The position numbers and the translations under genes were made by a program. A DNA stretch of 53,926 nucleotides from contig DF237543.1 of the NCBI GenBank assembly GCA_000708835.1, positions 1 to 53,926 on the forward strand. Direction: 5' to 3'. The DNA is from Klebsormidium nitens (taxonomy: Eukaryota; Plantae; Klebsormidiophyceae). The notes below the pieces were generated by a model. That model was not told where the DNA came from and searched no databases. It saw only the letters and a program-made list of their open reading frames with translations. This document shows, piece after piece, positions 35,954-48,000 of the stretch (within the stretch, counting starts at the first letter, position 1; every line of letters begins with the position of its first letter).

Positions 35954-36528
35954 CATGCATAATACTCGATCATGCATATTATATGAGCATATGCGAGTTG
36001 CGGCACTGCATGCGCGGCAGCCGCGCTGATCATTCGGATCTTAGCACAATTAAGCTTCCGTCTAACTCCAATGATTGATAAACCAGAGCTTGAACTGGTA
36101 CTATTGATAGGGAAACCTTCAAAGGCCCTTAGTATAGGCTCTGCGCGGTACAGGGGCTCGATCATCCGATTACCATCAATTTATGCAGCGACCATCGATT
36201 TGGCACTCGATTGCAACACCCGGCAAGTCTGTGGGCCCCCAGAATGTCTCAAGTGGAGCTTTATCTTATGCATGCATTTGTTGGGCACGGTAGCGCCAGA
36301 TCACCCCAAGAATCAACATTACGTCTCTGCGATGGTGCATTGCAGATGAACTCTGAGCACTAACGGGGCAGATCATGGATGATCGTGAGGGACGTCGACA
36401 TATGGGCAAGGTTGGAGCCCTGATAAACAGCGGAGCCAGTATCAGTACGGATAACAATATCGATCCAACGTATCTAAAAAGTGCGTGTGCACCCAAAGTA
36501 AGGCCATATGGGGAACTAGGTATGATGG

Positions 36529-39500
36529 TCAACTGCTGCTCAGCCGCTGGTCCAGTACGGCGACCGACTCTATGTGCGAGGTGTGTGGAAACATGTCCAC
36601 CGGTTGTACGCTCACGAGCTCGTATGGACCCACGCCCTCCCCCCGGTTGTCCTGCATGAGAGAGTGACGAGACCGTTGAAAAGGCACACTGGGATGAAAA
36701 AAGCACAAGAGATAAAATGAGATTAAGTGTCAAAATATTGCACCGGAAAGAGTAAGCTCCGAAAGCCAAAACTAGTGGAAGTTGGATTTAATGTATTTTC
36801 TGTGGACAAGGAAATCAATGATGGAACAGCGCTTAACCTCAAGGTTTATAGATTTTTAAAAAGGAATCCTTCCATATCCCTGAGGGGTTCTGTCTTACAG
36901 CACTTTTTGAAGGTTTAAGTTGAGTTACGCAACAGGCGTCGTGCAGCTCGAAGTCGGTTGTCATTGCGACGCTACTCCATGAACAGAAAAGACACGCCAA
37001 AGTCGTCCTACAGAGCAAGTCGTTGGAGCACCGTTCAGCAGGCCGGTAGCAATTTCGCTCCGAAATAAGGTGTGCTAAACTGTCCGAACCCGTGGAAGGA
37101 GAACGTGGACCAAATTCGGACTCCTCGAACCTCCACAGTTTAGTATCCTGGACTGCGCGTAGCATTGTAGCTGCCCTGGCACTTAACGAAATGACAGGGC
37201 AACTACCCGGTGCGTTGCTCCTTAGCACAGGCTGGGTAGGTCCTACTGTTTACCGTTTATAACCGGTACGGATCGACAGAGCCCGAACCGGCCCGCGCGC
37301 CGGAAAAGGGTACTAGAGCTTTGGGGGTCCTGAAAGAGGGAATCTGGTCCACGTTCTCCTTCCACACATTCTGTCCATAGAATGTTGAGCAACGACCGAT
37401 GGTGACGCTTGGTCCTTTTACCCCTCGAGCACCAAACAGAATTACGAGATCTTCCATGGGTCTGCTGACAGTTTGGAACGGACGTCCTGCGGGATTATCA
37501 GGGCTGGACAACTCAACTGCCAGGAGCCAGTTCAGCGAAGATTCCGCTGTGCGGTCACTCCAGAGATTGATAATCACCATTTTGCATGAACGCCCAGTGA
37601 CGCTCCAAGTACTGCATCTCGCCCGGAGGCAAGTCGTGTGGGGGCGCCCGTCGCTATGCAAACCCCTTTCTCCGCCACGTAGAAAGCCCTTCATTCTTTT
37701 ACACTCTTACGCAACTGGGCCCGTGGCGCAAAGGAAAGAATTTCATAATCCACAGAGCTTAATATCAGAAGAGGCTTCCAAAAAGATGTGACATTTCTGA
37801 TGCGCCCACCTCTCCGTGGCACAGCACGTCGAGATCCCGCGCCTGCGTGGACGGGTTGCACGACACGTACACGATGCGCCGCGCGCCGCACTCGGACAGG
37901 AACCGCAGCAGCTTCGGGTGCATACCGGGCCGGTTCGGGTCTGCAGAAAAGGTAGATTCAATCGCCAGACGTGAGGAGAGCGACGCTCGACAATCCTCCA
38001 GCGGGACAAGCAAAAAAGATCGTTCATGAACAGCGCTGCATGCGCTAACGGCCACACAAGAATACGCCGTTGCAAACAATAGGGCACGTAAGAACCTAAC
38101 CCCTGAGTAAACGTGAAACGCTAACCCGAATCAAAGCAGCGCGAAAAGATGTTGATGCTTCCGTGAGTGTCCAAAAGCGACGACAAGCATGTGCTCTATA
38201 TGAATAAGTGGGAACGCTGCTGACATCAGACGGTACTCGGATCCTACCTGTGATAACGACGTCCGGGGTCTGGAACTGCCGCCCAAAGTCCTCTTTCAGC
38301 TTGTTCAGGTCCCCTTGGATGAACGTCGCGTTCTGGATTCCGTTCCGCTCGGCGTTCCGGACGGCGTCCGCCACAGCCTCGGGGACCAGCTCGTAGCCGT
38401 ACACATGTTTGGCCCTGGACAACCAGATGGATTCGAAATGATCAGGCAGATAATGGGCTTTAAGGGATTTTTTAACGCATAAAAGCAAAAGCGCAGAACC
38501 GCGTCTTACGAGCTGCTCATCGGAGAGCCTGAACCCACAGCTTCGGAGCCCCAGTCGGAAAGTTTGCCCTCCTCAAATCTAAAATCAGACCCCATAGCAC
38601 GTAAGGGTGACCTTGATTCGGGCAGCAAGACTTGACAAATGTGCACTAACCAAGCCTAGAGTGCCAGACTTCATAATATGTTTGCCAGCGTACCGCTTGA
38701 GGTACTGAGGTTCACCAGTGCAACATACCGAACCGATGTGCAGTGCTGAGAAGAAAGTCGGCACTGATAGCATCCGAGATAAGTCTCAGAAAGTTGCCAG
38801 TATCTTGGGCTTTTGCTGCTTTCGGGGTCATAACATCAACGAGGTAACTCTTACCGGTGCGCCATACTGAGCCCGATTGTTCCGGTTCCGCAGAACAGGT
38901 CCAGAATGACCTCGCTCTTTTCACCCGACAGCCCGCATGCGTCCTCCACCAGACCGTACAGCACTTCCGCCTGCAGATGTTGACACGTGTCACCTTCGGC
39001 AGCCCATTTGAGGGTTTCCATATTCAGAAAGCCAGACAGCCGGAGAGTGTAAAGCAGGACCGCGAGCTGTGTTTGAACCGCAAAATCAAAGGGCGTCGCG
39101 ATATTGCAAGAGCAGAGGAATCAAAATCTCAGCGTGACAAGCAGGTTTGAGAAGCAGACGGAGCGAAGATGTGCCGGTCTGACTAAAAGACGGCTTTATA
39201 CTACGTGGACCAGCGCTGAGTCTACGAAAAGAGGCGGCATCTGCTCTGGCGCGTCCTGGAGCAGGGGACTTAAGTTGCCAATAATCTATGCCTAAACCTC
39301 AAGTCGATTTCCAAGTTCACTGCTAGAATAACGTTCCGTCGAGGTCTCAAAGAACGACTTCGAAAACGACCATCTTGGCCGTACACGTGGCAGGCGCTGT
39401 ACACGTGGCACGTGGCAGATCCTCATCAAGAGCCGCACCTGGTTGGTGTTGGTCTGGAAGAAGGAGTTGGCTGAAATCTCGAACTCAAGGCCCCGTAGTC

Positions 39501-42500
39501 GTTCCTTTATGTACGGTTTTCCGTACAGCAGGTGCTCCTGCTTGCCCACCTGCGGAGAAACCGGTGGAATGACGTCAGAAGAGTGCGCAGCTCCGCAGAG
39601 GCATTTAGTAAAGCCAGGTCAGAGAACAAATTCGACTAGGTCTCACACATGTGTTCTGTGAAAGTACAATAAGCGTCTCCATTGGTGTGGACAACCTCCC
39701 TTGCAAATGCCCACGTTCTCAGCCAGTTCACAGACAATGATACACGCTACGCTACACACTATGAGTGATGACGAGCGTTAACTGGGCATGAAAGGAAGAA
39801 GAGCATGGCCGTACTGACAAAGTCTTCCAAGAATCACCTCGACCTTGGCTTAAAAATGGGCTTGTTTAACAGGAACACGGAACGACCGGAGGTTCGGATG
39901 AAGAACATATGTTTCCACGAGATGGTGAAGCCTCTCGGAAAGATTGACTGGTTTCGAGTGTTTAAATCGGGCGAATCGGCAATCCTTGTTCAGCATGAGT
40001 GCCATGGAGAAAGCCGTGCGAAATCCCAAAGTCAGACCACGGACATCGCAGTCCTGAGTCCCTGAACCCCAAGTCTTTGATCCTAGCCCCCGAATCCTCA
40101 TGGTAGTCTCACCAGAAGAAACAGCAGCCGGAAAAGTCGATGACGTTAGTCATACGAGGGCCACCGCCGGCGGAGTCACCGCTGATCGGCGTAGGACAAA
40201 AGTTCTCAATAGTCTTCAGATCCTCCGAACTTTGAGAACTTGCGAGTACCCTCACCGAGCCGCAGCCAGGCGAGTCGTTGACGTTGTTCACGACGGACGC
40301 AACCTCCGGCACCTCCGCGACTAAGCGGTCCACCACCGGCTGCAGCAGCTCTGGTTGCGACCCCGCCGTCTGGATATTCACCATCAGCCGGACGGCCCCC
40401 GTGTCCGTATCGCTGTCCAATAGAAAAACAGAAACTTCGTCGTCCGAATCACTATTCGTTGGAAAAGAAACTCGAATGTTCTAAGGGTGTCCGAATTCCT
40501 TTAGTATAGTGCGGACACGGGGCGAACGCTACCGCTCGATGTTGACCATCAGCCCGACGGCGCCGGTGTCCGTATCGATGTCCAATGGAAAAAGAAAAAT
40601 TTCACTGTCCGGATTACTGTTCGTTGTCGGAAAAGAGACTCGTGTGTCCGGAAGGTGTCCGAGCTGCCTTGATTCTTGCGGACACGCGGCAAATGCTGCC
40701 GTCTCGATGTCGCCCATCAGCTAGACGGCCTTAGTGTCCGTATCGCTGCCGAATGGAAAAACAGAAACTTCATTGTCCGGATTACTGTTCGTTGAAAAGA
40801 GGCTCGTGTGTCCAAAAGACGTCCAAACGGCCTTGCTTCTTGCGGAACCGCGGCAAATGCTGCCGCATCCATGTCGCCCATCAGCTAGACGGCCTCAGTA
40901 TCTGAAGCGCTCGAGTCACAAGTTGTCGAGTGGCGACAGCAATATGCTAAGTATCCGACATCGCATCTCGACGAGAAGCAGGGAGTTAGGAGTCTAGGCT
41001 GACCCCGTTCAAAGTTCGCGGTCGGGAGGTTCAATATCAAGTAGACAGCGCCCGTGTCCGAACGGTGTCCGACTACGAGAAAAGGTAAACTATTGCCCGA
41101 GTTTAATCGGAATAGCTCGAAAGAAAATGCTGAAGTGCGACACAGAGAAAGGCTTTGAGATGGAGCAGACTGCGAAAGTGGATCTACGGCCCAGATGTTC
41201 GCCATCAAGCGGACGGCCCTCAACCGTCCGGCTTGTCCAGCGACGCAAACATTCTGGCATCGAAATCGACACAAGATGGCCAGGCTCTGACGGCTGGAAC
41301 TGAACGGCCACATTCGGACGGCAAAAGGCGGACGCGCAAAAGCAAAGAGCTAGAATCGGACGGCTAAACCCTTTGGGCTCTCACCTGCCCTTTCGGATGG
41401 TGAGGTGGCGGAGGAACCCGTCGTGCGTCACGCTGTCGTACACGGGGCACTCCGCCTGGCTGCCACGTGCCCACTCCGCGACGATCCGCAAAACCCGGTT
41501 GGCGGCGGCGTCTTGCAGCCAGCACTCGTCAATGGGCAAAATCTGCACCAAGCAGCGACGTACAAGAGGTGATTCGTCTTCTCCTCACACGGATTTCCAG
41601 ACTGCCACTATTTTAGTCTGCAAATTCCTGCTTCGGGAACGGATTCAGGAAGTGGCTGGGAATGACCAAGAATTGCAGCGGAGATGTCTCGATCGTGGTA
41701 TGTTTGTTACGGTCATCATGAACCAGGTAGAAGATTGCTTCATGATCTGCGATCCCCAGGGCCAATCTCGAGATTAGATCCTCGTGACTAAACCGAACGG
41801 TCGCACTGCGACTCGAGCCAAGTCAGCAAACCTTCTCTGAACTCAAAACTACGCCCCCTTTCGAGCGCCTCACCATGTCAATCCGACCAAGGCCAGCCGA
41901 TGCAGATCAAGGGTCTGATTCCTTTGTGACCTTTACACTACGATAACGTCAGCGAACCCTTTCTTTCTAAGCTCGTCCGCGTACGAGCGCCTCACCGTGT
42001 CGACCCGACCCGGAGCGTGCAGACCCAGCCTAAGAGCCAGTTCCGAGTTGACGTTGACGAAAATGGTGACGTCAGCAAACCCTTCCTCCACTTCAACGCA
42101 ACCCCTTTTGCCCCCGTACGAGTTCCGAGTGCATTCAACGGGAAACTTGACGTCTGGAAACCCCTTCCTCAAAATACATCTTGCTCCCTAACAAGCGGCC
42201 CACCTTATCGAACCTCCCGGAGCCCGCAGGCCCAGCCCAAGAGTCGACTCCTCGATGACGTCAGCAGACCCTTCCTCTCTAACTTCGCCCTCGAGCCCCT
42301 CACCTGATCAAACCGACCCCCAGCGTGTGAATCCAAGCTAAGACCTGGTTTACAGACTCTTCGACAAGATGATGACGTCAACGAACCGCGCGCGTCTCAC
42401 CTTATCGAACCTGCCCGGAGCGTGCAGACCCAGCCCAAAGTCGGTCCCTCGTTGCGGGGGCGGTTTCGCGGTTCCCGGCGCGGTCCGTGGGGCCTTTCCC

Positions 42501-44509
42501 GGAGCCACGGCCGTCCAGATCCGGTTGCCGAAAGAGAACTCCATCTGCGGGCAGCAAAAGACGGTTGCATTGAGTCTTGACTGCTAGAGAACCAAAGATG
42601 AGGAGACCCGAAAGATTCTGGTTCACAGACGTTTCCCGGCTCGACTGCGCATCTCTGCCGTTCGGAACGACTCAATGGCCTTATCCTTGAGTAATAAAGC
42701 ACGAAGAAGTATTCTTCGATGGAAACCTGGTTTGGGGCAAACTCGCGCCTTTTGCCCCAAACACAGTCCAATTCCGTTAGATGACCCTTAAAGTCGAGGC
42801 TGCGAACACTCAAACAAATGAATCAGTACCTTGTATGTAAGCTGTCGCATGGATGCAGGGGAATCACGACTTTCAACCGGCGAGGTGTATGCAGATTCGA
42901 CGGACCATGTCAAATGAACTCTCTCAGTCGTTGGCAGTGATGTGATGAGAACGACAACTGTGCTCTGTCGTTTCCACCGACCTTGTTCCTGTAGTTGAAG
43001 CGTTGTTCGCAGGGCACGGCGGGCTTCATCCAGCCGGAGCCTCTGGGAAAGCGTCCCACCCGGATGATAAGCTCCTCGACCTGCATAAGCGATGGGCGAT
43101 TTGGAACAAGCGTTGGACGATCATGGACGACATGAAGGTGAAGTCGGCTGAGACGTTTGGGGGTCTCAAGTGAAAGATACTAGAAGATTTCAGCACTCTT
43201 GATGATAGGCTCCTCGTCCTGCATCAGCGATGGGCGTTTGCCAAAAACCGTTGGACGATCAAGGACCGCGGGAAGGTGATATCAGCTGAGACGTTCGAGA
43301 GGCTCAAAGTGAACAATACTCGGAGACTTCAGCAATCGGAGCCTCCAATCTTTCCAAAGTCCAAGGCAAAAGTGACTTTGTTAAGATGGTTGCTCTGAGC
43401 TGATCTTTGCAACCATCTCGCAAGAATTCAAGGCGCAAGCTCACGCGTCAATGCTAGCCCTCTGTCACAATCGATGGCGTCTTGCGTCTTGAAGCGGCCA
43501 TAAGCGAAACGACCTGGAAATTTTGGATAGCACTCCTGGTAGTAGGGGCAAACCTTTCCTTGTCACTTACCTGTTTTTGCTTCTCCGCTACCTGCGACTC
43601 ATACGCCCAGTTCTGTGTCTTACACCCGCCGCAATCTGTCGCGTGCTGGCACGGGGGTTCCACCAGATTTGGCGGCGGTTCTAACGTCCTGAGCTTCACA
43701 GCCTGCGCCATACTCCGCTTTTTCCTCATCACGCGCGCTAGCAGCCTCTCCCCCGGAAGCGCCCCGTTGACCATCAACACGAAGCCCGTTTCCGGGACTT
43801 TGCACACGGCAGCCCCTCCGTAGGCCAGGCTCTCGCAGACCAGTTCTAGCTCGGAGTTTTGTTTTGGATGGATGGGTTTGGTTTTCGGAAGCACGGCGGC
43901 GGCGGCGGCCTTCTCGGCGGCGCCCATAAGCGTTTCGCTGCTGAGGTTTGCGATTTCGGACAAGGTGTTGGAGGGAGTTTCAGACGGCATTTCCGACAAG
44001 TTTTCTGAGTGGCCTTCCGGACCCAGCTCATGTTCTTGAGCAGCCGCATCTAGTTGCGATGTGTCTGGTCGCAAGTCTGATGATGAGCTCAAGGATGTTG
44101 ACTGGCTGTCAATCACGGACTCGTCCAAAACATCGACAATCGCAGCATCGCTGGCGGCAGCAGCGTTGAGATGTCTCCATTGCCTTCCAATTGGAAAGCT
44201 CTCCGTAGGAACAGCTTCAAATAAAGAACGGACATTCCTAGAGACTTGATGCACCCCCAGAGAAGCAGTCTGAATGCCCCTTGCCCGCAAGGCGGCAAGC
44301 CTCAACATGGCAGCCTTCTTTCTTTCTGATGGAGGGGTGGTGGCTGGAAACGAAAGCCTCTTATAATCCAAAACGAGCTCACGAATTGGTGTCAACTTTG
44401 GAGCCCAACTAGAGCTGGTCTGCGCAGTCTGAACCCGTGACACCGTCCTTAGTTGCCCGCCAAGTCCGAGCTGCAGCTCCCTAAAAAGGACACTGCTGCA
44501 GCAGGACAT
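36529..44509 (-). CDS. rlmD: RlmD/RumA (TRM2 family) RNA uracil-5-methyltransferase with TRAM domain and 4Fe-4S motif, probably organelle-targeted, ~714 aa
   Basis: Exons 44509-43571, 43080-42982, 42544-42401, 41542-41385, 40412-40256, 39549-39439, 38970-38855, 38414-38248, 37940-37810, 36651-36529. TRAM (ESLAYGGAAVC...GALPGE), CQHATDCGGC, NYRNKMEFSF, ISANSFFQTN, DLFCGTGTIG, DPNRPG, catalytic YVSCNPSTQARD and QPVDMFPHTSHIE are present. N-terminus is Ser/Arg/Ala-rich; Met at 44308 is an alternative start. Confidence 0.93.
40370..41240 (-). repeat. Decaying tandem array of an rlmD 3' splice site and exon start (true 40412; echoes 40577, 40745, ~40901, ~41060, ~41230)
   Basis: GATACGGACAC.G..GCCGTC.GGCTGATGG recurs at about 160-170 bp spacing with increasing decay. 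Confidence 0.85.
41865..42445 (-). repeat. Decaying tandem array of an rlmD exon end and 5' splice site (true 42401; echoes 42304, 42204, 41996, 41874)
   Basis: GGGCTGGGTCTGCACGCTCCGGG..GGTTCGA....|GTGAG units recur, most followed by an intronic TGACGTCA-like motif, at about 100 bp spacing. Confidence 0.85.
43062..43335 (-). repeat. ~137-bp tandem duplication spanning the rlmD 3' splice site at 43080
   Basis: GATGATA.GCTCCTCG.CCTGCAT.AGCGATGGGCG...CGTTGGACGATCA.GGAC...GAAGGTGA..TC.GCTGAGACGTT occurs twice. Confidence 0.9.
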
Positions 44510-45054
44510 GCTGTCCGCAGGTAGACCCTTCCAGGTTTGTGGCAGGAGGAGCAACAAGCAGCAACTCAATCTCAGCTCAGCTCCTGCATTCGTTTTGCAA
44601 TGCGCATCACAATTTGCCAGCTTGCCCTTGCTGCTTGCAAACAATTCGGATGCCTCAGAGAGGCTTGGCCGAATGGTAATGACCGAGTCGCTATGGTAAT
44701 GGATCGACGAGCGCTAAACCCTCAAGGTTTGACACCGCCACCCAGTTTCCGGATGCGGCGGCCCCCGCGCGGCCGCTCAAGTGCCAAAAAGGCTGCATGC
44801 CAATCACCGCATTGCTACCTGTTAGTATTGCCTACCTATCAATAGGCTATTGCATGGCATCCAATCAGCGACAGCACAAAGTGCAGAGAAGTTAGATTGC
44901 TAAAGGGCTCTAAGTCGTCTGAGGTACAGAGTCTCAGACCGCCTGGTAGGTTATGGACCGGTTTGCGGGATTACATTGAAGCAACATTGTCTCGCTTGGA
45001 TTCTTTCACTGTGAAGGCGCAGCCGGGTCCCGGCGCCGCACAAAACATAACAGA
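44510..45054. promoter_or_regulatory. Putative bidirectional promoter between rlmD-like and At1g16080-like genes
   Basis: Head-to-head ATGs 545 bp apart; CCAAT boxes at 44800-44804 and 44861-44865. Confidence 0.45.
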
Positions 45055-48000
45055 ATGCTGCGGTCAAATACTGCCTGCATTGCTCATCACCAGCTGGGCG
45101 CGCTTGCTCTCAACACCCAATTTGCACACGCCTGTCTTCTAGAACAGTCAATGTGCCCTGTTGTGGGCCAACCTGGGGCACACTTGCGAGTCTGTTCGCA
45201 GTATGACGGCCCGCCGGTGACCATCATTGGGGAAGGCCGCATTGGGAGGGCGTTCGCACAGATGGCCGGGAAAAGGTAAGTCTGTAGAAATGGAGTCTGT
45301 GCTTGGTGGTGTAACATTCTATGTTTCAACCATACTTCACTCAGTGTCAAGGAAAGGGCCAGCAAGGCGTCTAGCCTTAGACACAATTGAGAAGAGAATA
45401 GAAGTGCATGCAGAATTTGTTTCTTCCGGTCTTGAAAATCTGCTGATAGTTTGATTACATTACATACTACTGGAAATCTTGAAGCTCGCGCATCCCAGCT
45501 CTGTTTTTACAGGGTCCTTCATTGTCACCTGTGTCCCACGCACAAAGCATGGTGTGGGCGTCACGCATTTGCTCAGACTTGACCGGCGACCAAACCAGAT
45601 CCATGTCAGGTAACTTCTTTAACACTGGCACTCTGAGGTTTCGCAGGTCTCAAGTGTCCCCAAACCTTTCGAGGCTTACAATGAAGCAGGGCAAGGACTC
45701 TGCGAATCTGGATCCCGCGCGTATCTCTTCTCAGGGCCCTGCTTCTTGGTCGGGGGGAGGGCATCCCGGATGCGCCTGAATCACACCGGGAAGAGGACAG
45801 CTGGCAGTCTGGACCAGTCCTGGTGGCCACAAGAAACGGCGACCTGCAAGACGTCCTGGAATGGGTACCACTTAAGCGGCGGCCTGACTTGGTCTTCCTT
45901 CAGGTGAATGCTTTTGGCGAGGCTGCCAAATTTGGAACGTCAAAAGTCTGTGCCACTGGAAGAAGTATCAATCTAGCTTGGTGGCAGGACTCAAACTTTT
46001 CTCGAAATGGCTGTATGATCATTTAACTCCACACCTAAATCGAAAAACATTCGGCGTGGCAATGAAAAGGATGCTGGAAGTCTGGTTTCTTTATGGCCTG
46101 AAGCTATCCAGTGACGAAGAAGCTAGAAGCTGTAAAACTATGATACAGCGAAGTTTGGTAACCTCAATGTCACCCAGAATGTCAACACTGGATGGTACAA
46201 AGTTCGATTGTGTCCAGACCCAGTTTTGAATCCAGACTTATCTGCCCATGCACCATAGTACCGCATGTGAGCTCCCGTAACAAAGTTTCTGCCGTTATTG
46301 AGTAAGCAGCCCGTGAGAGTGTGCATCCTCTCCACTTTAGCTATTGTTAGTGTCAACGTAGACCCCTTGAATCGTCAGCCTCCATGCTGCCTTCATGTCC
46401 ACAGTCGAGAGCCATAGGATCTCTAACGGACGTGACCAGCCCATCGACAACTGCGAATGCAAGTATACAAACCGCTTGACAAGAATCAAGCCGACCCAGA
46501 ACGACACCATTTCTCTGCCATGCAGAACGGCATGCTCTTCCCCTGGCTAAGACAGCAGCATCTTCTGCCCGACTGCACGCTGGCCCTCCTTTACTTCTCG
46601 TCTGCCGTGGACGATTCCAACCCGGCGAGGATGCGTGTCGTAGATGGGGGCGGGAAGACTACGGCTTGGGGTAGGTGAGCCGAATCTTACAGTGTCCGGT
46701 GGATGCAACCGGGTTCCAGGCGGATAACAAGTCCTTCCCAGTGCTCCGACTGACGGATCATGGTTTCTCGTGTCCGCTGCTCGGGGCTGATCAACATCCT
46801 GTGTTTTTATTTCGAAACATGCATTGTCAGAAGACAGGTATGCAGAAGGCACACTCTTCTGGGAAACGCGAAGCCTCATGTTTCGGAGGGTACGAAGTTC
46901 ACATGTATGAAAAATGGAAACTTTCATCGGGTCCTTCTACACGTTCACATGCCTCAAAAGGCTCTCTACTTCGATACTGCCCTCTCTGCTGGAAAAGGTA
47001 CAGAAGCTTTCTTCTTACAACCAGCAACGGGGCCTTTACCCACAGATCTCCTCAATCCGCTTTCAGACAAGCAAACAGTTGTATTCAGCCGAGACCACCT
47101 TCTGTCGCAAGTAAGGCCTGGGGTCGAATCCAGCTTCCAGCAGAAATCAATCACACAGCCGGAGGGCAGACTCGTACTGGTGTGAAAGCCTCCCAAGTCT
47201 TCACTTCCCTCGTCATTGCAGATGGGCCACCACTGTCGTGGAGATTCTTGAAAGTGGTGGCGTCCGCGCTGCCGTGATCGACGACTGGGCGACGTTCTCC
47301 GGCCTGACGGTCGAGAAGCTACTATGGAGCTCCATTTTCTGGCTGCTGTCGGCGGGCCTGGCCGGCAAGCCGGTACGTACCTGCTACGGGAAGCGAGTAG
47401 ACCGGTCCGTACCTGCTGCGGAAATGAGTAAAGTGGTCTCGACCTGTTGCAAAAATGGGACACCCCTGACCATGGTTATAAAGAGGAGCCGCGAGAACAC
47501 TTTGTGTCGTGCTTGTTTACACGGAAGCAAACTAGAGTCAGCGCTGTCAGGCTTCCTCAAGGGGAAAAGGGAGGTTGCTAGATTCGCTCTCGGGAAAGAA
47601 TGTTTACTGGGTTCTCGCTTTATTCGAGCATCTCCATACTTCGATGCTCCTCACTTCCAACAACGTACGATAAATGAGACGAAAAGAAGATCTTTATCAT
47701 GGGCTGTCAGAACTGTCTTCAAACTCGATCGAAAGTTGGACTTTCGATCAGCTCAAGCTCAAACTGCTGTTCTTTACCATCTTTACCGTCAAGACTTTAC
47801 ACGATTGCATGGCTGCCAGAAGCATTTAACAACACTCTGTTCCAAACAATCCGGTTAGAAATTGGCGACGCTTCCACTTGCAGGTCGGTAGGATTGCTCG
47901 AGAGAACCGTTTGGACGTCCGGGCGCTCGTTGCGGAGCTCCTGCCAATCGCGGACGCACACGTGGCATCTTCCGCGGACGGATCTCCGGAAGGTGCATCG

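Noticed and set aside
37257-37694. 145-aa minus-strand ORF ending ..DPYRL as the rlmD last exon
   Set aside because: It stops before the conserved QPVDMFPHT motif, which is encoded by exon 36651-36529.
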